From Candidatus Fervidifonticultor quintus (GTDB taxonomy: Bacteria; Sysuimicrobiota; Sysuimicrobiia; Sysuimicrobiales; Humicultoraceae), in NCBI GenBank assembly GCA_031459535.1, contig JAVKIJ010000041.1:1-26877 (forward strand): a stretch of DNA of 26,877 bases. Reading direction: 5' to 3'. The notes under the pieces are model-generated. The model did no database searches. It saw nothing but the letters and a program-made list of their open reading frames with translations, and was not told the origin of the DNA. The position numbers were made by a program, and so were the translations under genes. This document shows positions 18,789 through 26,507 of this stretch, piece by piece (positions within the stretch are counted from its first letter, which is position 1; each line of letters begins with the position of its first letter).

Positions 18789-20480
18789 TCAGTGCCAGAT
18801 CCCCCTGGCGAACCCGTCCCGGCGTGGGTCGGCACCGCCGAAGAGCGTGCCGTTGGGCGCCACCACAATTCCCTGGGCGCCGCCGAAATAGAGGTCCATC
18901 TCGCCCCGCACCTGCAGGGGATGCCCCATGCGGGCTAGTGCCTCGCGCACGTCGGGGGGGATGCGGGATTCCAGGAAGACATCCCGGGTCATGGCGTGGA
19001 TGCGCGGTGCCTCGATGGCCGTCTGGATGTCCAGGTTGTAGTCCACGATGTTCATGATGATCTGGGTCAGGGCCGAGATGATCCGGGTGGCACCCGGCGT
19101 TCCCACGCTCATGAACGGCCGGCCGTCCTTGAGCACGATGGTGGGCGCCATACTGGAGAGCGGCCGCTTGCCCGCCTGCACCGAGTTGGCCGATCCCGGT
19201 GTGGGTACGAAGTCGTCCATCTCGTTGTTGAGCATGATGCCGGTGCCCGGCACGAGCACGCCGGAGCCGAAGAAGTAATTGATGGTCTGCGTGAGCGCCA
19301 CCATGTTCCCCTCGCGGTCCACCACCGAGATGTGCGAGGTGTTGGCCGACTTGGCGAACGGCTCCGGGTTGCCGGGCGAAGGGGCCGGTGATGCGCGATT
19401 CGGATCGATGGTCCGCCGCAGCGTCTCGGCGTAGGCCTTCGAGGTCAGCCCGGCGATTGGCACCGGCACGAAGTCGGTGTCGGCCATGTACCGCGCCCGG
19501 TCCGCAAAGGACCGCTTGAGGGCCTCGGCGGTGACGTGGAGTGCCGCCGGCGTCTGGAATCCCAGGGCCGTCATGTTGAACCCCTCAAGGATGTTCAGCG
19601 CCTCGATGATATGGGTGCCGCCAGAGGACGGCGGAGGGCTGGAGATGATCTCGTACCCGCGGTAGGTCGAGCGCACCGGTGTGCGCAGCTTCGGTCGGTA
19701 GTTGGCCAGGTCCTCCTTCGTGATGAGCCCGCGGCCGCGCGCCATCTCCGCGACGATGGCGTCGGCGATCTCGCCCCTGTAGAAGACGTCGGGGCCCCAC
19801 GACGCAATCAGCCGGTAGGTCGCGGCCAGGTCGTTGAGCACCAGACGGTCGCCCACGTCGTAGGGCAACCCCCGCTTGGTATACACCGCGGCCGCGGCGG
19901 GGAACATATTCAACTTCGCCAGGTTGTCGACCATGATTCCGTTGAGCGTCTTGGTCACGGCGTACCCGCGCTCGGCCAGGGCGATGGACGGCGCCATGAC
20001 CTGCCGCAGACTCATGGTGCCGTAGCGCTGCAGCGCCATGGCCAGGCCAGCCAGCGTGCCGGGCACGGCCACGGCCAGGTGACCGATGGTGGTGGCGTTG
20101 GGCCGCACGCGGCCGTCCGGACCCAGATACATGTCCGGCGTGGCTTTGCCAGGGGCGGCCTCCCGGTAGTCGATGAACGCCACCTCTCCCGACCTGAGGC
20201 GAATGAGCACAAACCCACCGCCGCCGAGACCCGATGCGTTGGGCTCGGCAACACCCAGCGCGAACGCCGTGGCCACCGCGGCATCCACGGCGTTGCCACC
20301 CTGCTCGAGAATCTGCAGGCCAATCTCTGTGGCCAGCGGCGTGGCCGATGCCACCATTCCCGTACGACCCACGGCGATCGGCCGCGCTGTCTGCGCGCCC
20401 ACCGGGGTGGGCGCCGCCACGAACGCCATCAGGAGCACGCCAAGACAGGCAATGGCCGTTCGCTGTGCGCGCGCGGGCAT
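18789..20480 (-). CDS. ggt: Gamma-glutamyltransferase (T3 family, exported)
   Basis: Signal peptide; GGNAVDAAVA, SGLGGGGF, IDYREAAP, PPPSSGG, nucleophile Thr in ANTSHISVVD (codon 19338-19340), TINYFFGSG, NNEMDDF, KRPLSSM, ADPRR; GGAGGTGA RBS. Confidence 0.96.
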   Translation of the reverse strand: MPARAQRTAIACLGVLLMAFVAAPTPVGAQTARPIAVGRTGMVASATPLATEIGLQILEQGGNAVDAAVATAFALGVAEPNASGLGGGGFVLIRLRSGEVAFIDYREAAPGKATPDMYLGPDGRVRPNATTIGHLAVAVPGTLAGLAMALQRYGTMSLRQVMAPSIALAERGYAVTKTLNGIMVDNLAKLNMFPAAAAVYTKRGLPYDVGDRLVLNDLAATYRLIASWGPDVFYRGEIADAIVAEMARGRGLITKEDLANYRPKLRTPVRSTYRGYEIISSPPPSSGGTHIIEALNILEGFNMTALGFQTPAALHVTAEALKRSFADRARYMADTDFVPVPIAGLTSKAYAETLRRTIDPNRASPAPSPGNPEPFAKSANTSHISVVDREGNMVALTQTINYFFGSGVLVPGTGIMLNNEMDDFVPTPGSANSVQAGKRPLSSMAPTIVLKDGRPFMSVGTPGATRIISALTQIIMNIVDYNLDIQTAIEAPRIHAMTRDVFLESRIPPDVREALARMGHPLQVRGEMDLYFGGAQGIVVAPNGTLFGGADPRRDGFARGIWH

Positions 20481-20521
20481 GATCTGTTCACCTCCATCGC
20501 AATTGACACTGCCTGGCGGAC

Positions 20522-21088
20522 CTACCGGACGCGGAAAATGCGGCGCAGCACCACTTCCAGGTCGCCGAGTCTGTCCACCGTCTCCATGGTCACCCTGGAC
20601 TGCGCCGTCAGCCTCGTGAAGAGACCGTCGGTATTGCCTTCTGCGACCACTACCACATGGCCGCTCTTGGGCACGACGGCGGTGATGAACCGATCCGAGA
20701 GTTCGCCCCGCCGGGCGCTGCCACCCACGTGCAGCGCCAGGATCTTCATCCCGACCTCCTGGGCCCGGGCCAGGAGTGCCTGCAGTCGGGCGAGCTCGCC
20801 GTCGGCGTCGATCCCCGCAGCCCCCAGCCCCTTGGTACTACCGCCGATGGCCAGGACCAGCGTCTTGGCGTCGCGGAGGTCGTCGGGCCTGGCGAGGGCC
20901 TTCGTGATCAGTGGAACCTTGAGCCGGTCGAGGAGGACCTTGACGATTTGGAGATCGGCACTCTGCCCCGCAGACGTGAGCAGGACCGGCGGTTCCGCGG
21001 TAAACGATGGCGCCGCCCAGACGGCGTCGGGCAGAACCAACAGCGCCATCGCCAGCCACACAGCCAGACAGGTACGCACGGTGACCAT
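20522..21088 (-). CDS. Exported DUF6305-like protein
   Basis: Signal peptide ending AVWA; VLLTSAGQSAD, IGGSTKGLGAAGI, HVGGSARRG, GNTDGLFT motifs, which I recall as DUF6305. The true start may be GTG 21079 given the spacing from GAGGAG. Confidence 0.7.
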   Translation of the reverse strand: MVTVRTCLAVWLAMALLVLPDAVWAAPSFTAEPPVLLTSAGQSADLQIVKVLLDRLKVPLITKALARPDDLRDAKTLVLAIGGSTKGLGAAGIDADGELARLQALLARAQEVGMKILALHVGGSARRGELSDRFITAVVPKSGHVVVVAEGNTDGLFTRLTAQSRVTMETVDRLGDLEVVLRRIFRVR

Positions 21089-21134
21089 CTCCTCTACCAG
21101 CTCCGACGATAGCAGGGCCCGCGCGACGCCCGTA

Positions 21135-22229
21135 TCAGGCCTCCACCTGATGGGTCGGGCGCACGGAACGCACAGTTCGTGCGTTCCAGCGCACGATCAC
21201 GGCGGTGCCGATCAGCAAGAGCGCCAGCATGGCCACGGCGGCCCGGCGCGGCATGCGGGCGAACGGCGCCCCAAGCCCGGGCACCGGCAGCGGGACCGGA
21301 TCCCTGGGCAGGCCGAACGCAGCAGCAATGCCGTCCACGTGCAACAGGTGCACCACCGGCACCCCGCGGAGGCTCATAAGCCAGAGGACACCGGGTTCGC
21401 CCCGGCACGTGGGGAGCCGTCGGTGCACGCCCGGCGCGACGCGGAGGATCTCAGGGCAGGTCCCCACGTTGGCGGCGGCCCCGCCCACGTTCACGAACGC
21501 CGCCAGCGCCCGGCCCGCGACCGCGGCATCATAGGCGGCCATCCGGGCGGCGACGCGCTCGCGCAGGCCCTCGCCCCTGATGGGCAGGACACGGTTGCGG
21601 GTCATGGCCGCCTGTAGCATCGCTCGCCCATCGGCGTCCAGGCCCGCGCCGACATCGGCGTCCCCGCCAGGAGAGGCGGCCACCGAGCGCGGCCCCCATC
21701 CCTCGGCGACCAGGGCGGCTTCCATGTCCAGCCACGTGAACGACGGGAGGTTCGCACCCCAACTCGACGACGCCACCGACGAGATGACCACTGGCTCAGC
21801 GCCCAGGGCATGCGCGGCTGCCAAGGTCGCGATGATGAGCCCGGGAAACGAACCAGACGCCCCGACCGCCACCACGGCTCCGGGCCGCACGCCAGCGTCG
21901 GCCAGCCAACGCACCAGTGCTGCCGCCATGTTGGGATTGGTGGTGGTCCGCTTCGCCGCCAGGTCACCCACCGTGGTGGTGATGGGCGAGGACTCGACAC
22001 CGACCAGACCCGTGCGATTCGGGTCGGCGTATGGATCGAGAGGTAACCCCCTGGCCTGCCTGGCGCGGCGAATAACCGCGATGGCGTCGGCGGCGCGCAC
22101 GGCGGCCTGGCGCATGGCGCCGCTATGGGGATCGCGCAACGGGGAGGCCGCTCGGGTCCCAGCGCCTGCGGCCACAGCCAGGGCGAGCATCGCGACCAGC
22201 GCCCGTAGACCGTAGCGTCGCGAGCGCAT
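21135..22229 (-). CDS. pgsW: Poly-gamma-glutamate system protein (PgsW / TIGR04332-like)
   Basis: N- and C-terminal hydrophobic segments; DPNRTGLVG-ESSPITTTVGDLAAKRTTTNPN, SGSFPG, SSSWGAN, VNVGG; starts 1 nt after the pgsC stop. Confidence 0.8.
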   Translation of the reverse strand: MRSRRYGLRALVAMLALAVAAGAGTRAASPLRDPHSGAMRQAAVRAADAIAVIRRARQARGLPLDPYADPNRTGLVGVESSPITTTVGDLAAKRTTTNPNMAAALVRWLADAGVRPGAVVAVGASGSFPGLIIATLAAAHALGAEPVVISSVASSSWGANLPSFTWLDMEAALVAEGWGPRSVAASPGGDADVGAGLDADGRAMLQAAMTRNRVLPIRGEGLRERVAARMAAYDAAVAGRALAAFVNVGGAAANVGTCPEILRVAPGVHRRLPTCRGEPGVLWLMSLRGVPVVHLLHVDGIAAAFGLPRDPVPLPVPGLGAPFARMPRRAAVAMLALLLIGTAVIVRWNARTVRSVRPTHQVEA

Positions 22230-22230
22230 A

Positions 22231-22662
22231 TCAATACCCCAGGGCGCGCAAGGCCAGGACGCAGGCCGCGGTCGTCAGTGCCAGCATGGCCAGAGTCGCC
22301 AGCACGCCTTGCCGCTCGAAGTCGTTGGCGATGAGCCCCGGCAGGACGAAGCCCATCGCGCCCACGGGCACGCCCAGGGTGGCAGCCAAGCCCGGCGCGA
22401 GCGCCGCTACCGCCCACTTGCACAGGATGCCCAGCAGCACCATGGCGACGAACCGCCGCCGCCCGAACAGGATCAGGAAAGCCGCGATCGCGCGGTAGAG
22501 ACCAAGTGCCAGCGCTGCCGCGATCAGGGTCCCGGCGAGCCGCCATGGCTGATCCGCCAGCAGCGCCAGGTAGGCCGGGGTGATGAGCCCTCCAGCTGAG
22601 AGGCCCACGGCCTCGGAGAGCACCAGCGAGACGATCAGACCGATGCCGATGGGCTCAGCCAC
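22231..22662 (-). CDS. pgsC: Poly-gamma-glutamate biosynthesis membrane protein PgsC/CapC
   Basis: 143 aa from GTG 22662, overlapping the pgsB end; GLSAGGLITPAYLAL, LFGRRRF, GFVLPGLIANDFERQG are CapC hallmarks. Confidence 0.92.
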   Translation of the reverse strand: MAEPIGIGLIVSLVLSEAVGLSAGGLITPAYLALLADQPWRLAGTLIAAALALGLYRAIAAFLILFGRRRFVAMVLLGILCKWAVAALAPGLAATLGVPVGAMGFVLPGLIANDFERQGVLATLAMLALTTAACVLALRALGY

Positions 22663-23827
22663 GGACGATCTCTTCGGCAACCGTCGCCCAGTAGTCCAAC
22701 AGCGCGGCGCCGGCGCCACGCACATTGCCCAGGCCAGCTACAATGGTAGCACCGTGCTGGGCCACCGCGGCAGCGGTGATCGCGGCAGGACGCGGGGGCA
22801 GCGCCGCCGCGTCCTGCCGTGACCACCCACCCCGTACCAGAACCCGGACGGCCGCAGGGGCGTGCGGCCCAGTGACAATTACGCGGCTGGCCGGCACCGC
22901 ACCGGCCAGCAGAGCCTCGCACCACTGAAGGGTGCGTTCGCCCCTGTCGGCGCGCGTGTTGAATACCGCGATCACCGGCGCGTCTGCCAGGCCGGACTCC
23001 CGACGCACGCGCTCGATGATCCGCCGAGACGAGTGCGGATCGTTGGCGCCGAACGCTCCGACGAGCCAGGTCTGGCGCCCCGGTTCCCGGAGTCTCCAGA
23101 TCCGCAGGGCACCAGGGTCCGGAGAGGCCGTCCTGATACCGGAGAGCGCGGCCTCACGCGAGACCCCTACTGCCTCGCAGGCGGCCAGGGCCAGGGCCAC
23201 GTTCTCGGGCCATTCGCGATAGGCCTCAGGCATCACGACCCCGGACTCGACCTGCACGACGCGGACCACCGTTCCCTGCGCCCGCGCCCTCGCCAGCCAG
23301 ACCGGCGGCACCTCCGGGCCCGGCACCAGGAGCAGGCCGCCTGCAGGGATCGTCCGGCCCAGGACCTCGGCGATCTCGGCGAGGGAGTCGCCCATGATCC
23401 CCACGTGGTCGAGCCCGACACCGGTGAGTACGCCGACGGTCGAACGCATCAGGCAGTGCTCGGCGACGCGCTGGGACTCCGGCCGCAAAGCCATGCACTC
23501 TGCGACCAGCGCGTCGGCGCGCAGCCGCGCCGCCAGCGCGGCTGCGCTGCGGTACTCGAGCAACGACGCGCGGCGCCGACCCCGCAGGTCGCGTTCTGAC
23601 CCGTCGGGGAGAATGACGCGCGGCGCCGACCCGGTGGTCTTAGCCACCACCCGCAGGCCGCCCACCCGCAGGCCGGCCGCGATCAGCCGCACCACGCTCG
23701 ACTTGCCTCTGGTCCCGTTGACGTGGATGCGGTGCCTGATGCTGCGCAGGCAGGCCCAGTGGCGCCGCGCCTCAGCGGCCGCGGCCACGCCTGCGGCGAC
23801 GACCGGCAGCAGCCCCGCCAGATCCAC
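22655..23827 (-). CDS. pgsB: Poly-gamma-glutamate synthase PgsB/CapB (Mur-ligase-like ATP-dependent amide ligase)
   Basis: RIHVNGTRGKSS P-loop, AKTTG, ECMAL, DHVGIMG, PDPGAL, ANDP, NTRADR, GLGN; N-terminal anchor; adjacent to pgsC. Confidence 0.92.
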   Translation of the reverse strand: MDLAGLLPVVAAGVAAAAEARRHWACLRSIRHRIHVNGTRGKSSVVRLIAAGLRVGGLRVVAKTTGSAPRVILPDGSERDLRGRRRASLLEYRSAAALAARLRADALVAECMALRPESQRVAEHCLMRSTVGVLTGVGLDHVGIMGDSLAEIAEVLGRTIPAGGLLLVPGPEVPPVWLARARAQGTVVRVVQVESGVVMPEAYREWPENVALALAACEAVGVSREAALSGIRTASPDPGALRIWRLREPGRQTWLVGAFGANDPHSSRRIIERVRRESGLADAPVIAVFNTRADRGERTLQWCEALLAGAVPASRVIVTGPHAPAAVRVLVRGGWSRQDAAALPPRPAAITAAAVAQHGATIVAGLGNVRGAGAALLDYWATVAEEIVRG

Positions 23828-23836
23828 CGACGGGAC

Positions 23837-24667
23837 CTAGACCTTCAGCAGCAGGACCGGATCGGAGGCATGCTCACTGACGCTGGCGGCCACGCTGCCC
23901 AGCAGCGTCCGGACCAGTCCGGTCCTGGCATGGGTGGCCATGGCGATGAACCCGCCCTCTTCCTCCCCTGCCGCCTCCACGATGGCCCGGAAGGGTTCGG
24001 CTTCGCGCACGCTGCCGCGCGCCCGGAGGCCGTCCGCGGCCAGCCTCTGCACGAGTCGCTCGATGTACCGGTGGCCCTCGGCGCGTTCCCACTCCAACGT
24101 CATCTCCACGATCTGGGGTGGATACGCCACGGTGTCGAACGCCCGGGCGTGGATCACCCGGAGGAGCTTCAGATCTGCACCCAGCGTCCGTGCCAACAGC
24201 GTTGCGTAGGGGAGAATGGCCTCGGCCTGTTCAGAGCCATCCAGCGGCACCAGGATCGGCGAGAGGACCGTCGCCGGCGGATGGAAGGCCCGCGCCAGGA
24301 AGACCGGCGCGCGCCCGTAGCGCAGGACCCGATCGGCGACGCTCCCGAGCAAGAACCGCTCGAGGCCCGTCGCGCCGTGAGACGTCATGACCAAGAGGTC
24401 GCCCTCACGCTCGGCGGCCAGGATCTCGCGCGCGGGGTCGCCGTAGCGGACCTCAATGCCCGTCTCCAGATCCGCCGCTGCTCCCCGGGCCACCTCCTCG
24501 AGGTACAGCCGGGCGGAGGGGGCCTGCCGGCGATTGGTCACGACGCGGACCAGCGCGAGGCCGACGCCCAACGCACGCGCTAGGCGGACGGCGTAGTCGA
24601 GACCACGCTCGGCCAGCGGCGAGCCGTCCAGCGGAGCGAGGACGCGCTTGAATGCGGGAGTCATCAT
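23837..24667 (-). CDS. Universal stress protein (two tandem USP domains)
   Basis: RVLAPLDGSPLAE...MTSHGATGLERFLLGSVADRV and ILVPLDGSEQAE...MATHARTGLVRTLLGSVA; GGAGG RBS. Confidence 0.93.
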   Translation of the reverse strand: MMTPAFKRVLAPLDGSPLAERGLDYAVRLARALGVGLALVRVVTNRRQAPSARLYLEEVARGAAADLETGIEVRYGDPAREILAAEREGDLLVMTSHGATGLERFLLGSVADRVLRYGRAPVFLARAFHPPATVLSPILVPLDGSEQAEAILPYATLLARTLGADLKLLRVIHARAFDTVAYPPQIVEMTLEWERAEGHRYIERLVQRLAADGLRARGSVREAEPFRAIVEAAGEEEGGFIAMATHARTGLVRTLLGSVAASVSEHASDPVLLLKV

Positions 24668-24688
24668 GGCGCCTCCATATGTGCGCGT

Positions 24689-25585
24689 TTACTGGAGCAC
24701 GCGTGCTGTGCGCGGATCGAGGAGATCCCGCAGGCCGTCGCCCAGGAAGTTGAACCCGAGCACCGTGGTCATAATGGCCAGGCCCGGAAAAGTCGACACC
24801 CACCACGCCTGCCCGACGAATCCCCGGCCCTCGGAGACCATCGCGCCCCACTCCGGCGTGGGCGGCTGCGCGCCCAGACCGAGGAAGCTCAGCGACGCGG
24901 CCCACAACAGCGCGGCGGGCATCTCCAGCGTGGTAAAGACGACCACCGTGCCCAGCGCATTGGGCAGGACGTGCCGGGCCAGTACGCGCGCGTCGCCGGC
25001 GCCCACGGCCCGGGCGGCCTCCACATACTGTGTCGTCCGGATGACCAGCACCTGGCCCCGGATCAATCGGGCGAACTCGCGCCAGCCCGTAACGCCGATG
25101 GCCAGGATCATGTTGCCCAGGCCGCCGCCCAGCACCCCGGCGATGGCCAGCGCCAGGACCAGCGTCGGCACCGCCAGCATCACGTCCACGATCCGCATCA
25201 GCAGCGCGTCCAGCCAGCCGCCGAAGAACCCGGCACATGCCCCGAGCACGATCCCAATGGCGGCCTCGATGATGACCACCGCGACCCCGATGAGCAGCGC
25301 GTACCGCGTGCCAAAGACCACCCGGCTGAAGATGTCGCGGCCCAGTTCGTCGGTTCCGAACAGATGCTGCGGCCCGGGCGGGGACAGCAGCGCGTCGATA
25401 TCCAGCCCTGCGGGATCGTAGGGCGCGACCACCGCGGCGAGCAGCGCGGCCGCGATCACCCCCGCCACGATGAGCACGCCCAGGAGCATCAACCGGTAGC
25501 GCCACACCCGCCGCAGCCACCAGCGCAGCGGCCACGGTCCGACGGCCCCTGGGGTGTCACTCGTACCTGATGCGGGGATCGACAT
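24689..25585 (-). CDS. Peptide/nickel ABC transporter permease (DppC/OppC-like)
   Basis: HLFGTDELGRDIFSR, YVEAARAVGA (EAA loop), LSFLGLGAQPPTPEWG, GDGLRDLLDPR; start uncertain (ATG 25585 chosen). Confidence 0.93.
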   Translation of the reverse strand: MSIPASGTSDTPGAVGPWPLRWWLRRVWRYRLMLLGVLIVAGVIAAALLAAVVAPYDPAGLDIDALLSPPGPQHLFGTDELGRDIFSRVVFGTRYALLIGVAVVIIEAAIGIVLGACAGFFGGWLDALLMRIVDVMLAVPTLVLALAIAGVLGGGLGNMILAIGVTGWREFARLIRGQVLVIRTTQYVEAARAVGAGDARVLARHVLPNALGTVVVFTTLEMPAALLWAASLSFLGLGAQPPTPEWGAMVSEGRGFVGQAWWVSTFPGLAIMTTVLGFNFLGDGLRDLLDPRTARVLQ

Positions 25586-26495
25586 AGGCGTACAGGACGT
25601 CCACCAGCAGGCTGCTGGCCACCACAAGGATGGCCATGGCCATGACGATGCCCTGCACGACGGGATAGTCGCGCTTCAGCACCGCGTCCACCAGGAGACG
25701 GCCCATCCCCGGCCACGCGAAGACGGTCTCGGTGATCACCGCGCCGCCGAACAGCCACGGCAGCCGCAACCCGATCAGGGTGAGGATGGGGATCAGCGCG
25801 TTGCGCAGGGCGTGCTTGACGATGACGACCCGTTCGGCCAGTCCCTTGCTGCGCGCGGTGCGAACGTACTCCTCGCCGATGACCTCGAGCATGCTCGAGC
25901 GGGTCAGACGCGTGAACAGGGCGGCGGGCGGCAGGCCCAGCGTCAACACCGGCAGGATGTGGGTCCGTAGGCCGTCGGCGGACCACAGCGTCTCGGCCCG
26001 GCCCGAGATGGGCAACAGGCCCAGCCACACGCCGAAGATGAGGATGAACAGCAGGCCAAGCCAGAACGTGGGCATCGACACCCAGAAGAGCGCGGCGACC
26101 CGCGAGAGGTTGTCCATCCACGTGTTGCGCCGCACGGCCGAGACCACCCCGGCTGGCAGGCTGACCGCCAGCGTCGTCAGCAACGCCAGCAGGGTCAGCT
26201 CCAGCGTAGGGCCGATTCGCGGCCGGATCATGCGCGTGACGCGATCGCCGGTCGTGATGGAGTCGCCCAGGTCCCCCCGCACGGCGCGGACGAGCCAGCG
26301 CGCGTACTGCACCGGGACCGGGCGGTTGAGCCCCAGCTCGTCCCGCCGCTGCTGCACGATCTCCTCAGGGACGTTGAGGCCGTAGAGCAGGCGAATGGGG
26401 TCACCCGTCAGGTGGAGCAGGCTGAACACCACCAGGGTGACCCCAATTGCGACAGGCACCAGCGTCAGGACCCGATAAAAGACGTAGCGGGCCAC
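25557..26495 (-). CDS. Peptide/nickel ABC transporter permease (DppB/OppB-like)
   Basis: GDLGDS, SMPTFWLG, YVRTARSKGL, HALRNALIP, ETVFAWPGMG, DPRIRYE. Confidence 0.95.
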   Translation of the reverse strand: MARYVFYRVLTLVPVAIGVTLVVFSLLHLTGDPIRLLYGLNVPEEIVQQRRDELGLNRPVPVQYARWLVRAVRGDLGDSITTGDRVTRMIRPRIGPTLELTLLALLTTLAVSLPAGVVSAVRRNTWMDNLSRVAALFWVSMPTFWLGLLFILIFGVWLGLLPISGRAETLWSADGLRTHILPVLTLGLPPAALFTRLTRSSMLEVIGEEYVRTARSKGLAERVVIVKHALRNALIPILTLIGLRLPWLFGGAVITETVFAWPGMGRLLVDAVLKRDYPVVQGIVMAMAILVVASSLLVDVLYAYVDPRIRYE

Positions 26496-26507
26496 GCCCG
26501 CTGGCCC

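Noticed and set aside
17477-18868. 511-aa minus-strand ORF 17333..18868 as a single gene
   Set aside because: An out-of-frame overlap with the permease; only its last 47 codons look like a real protein.
19536-21617. 693-aa plus-strand ORF
   Set aside because: Antisense shadow across ggt, DUF6305 and pgsW; Arg/Gly/His-rich composition typical of non-coding frames.
25557-25565. Possible frameshift or non-canonical ACG start at the dppB/dppC-like junction (TACGAGTGA)
   Set aside because: An in-frame ATG at 25585 and downstream GTG/ATG options explain the gene without invoking recoding.
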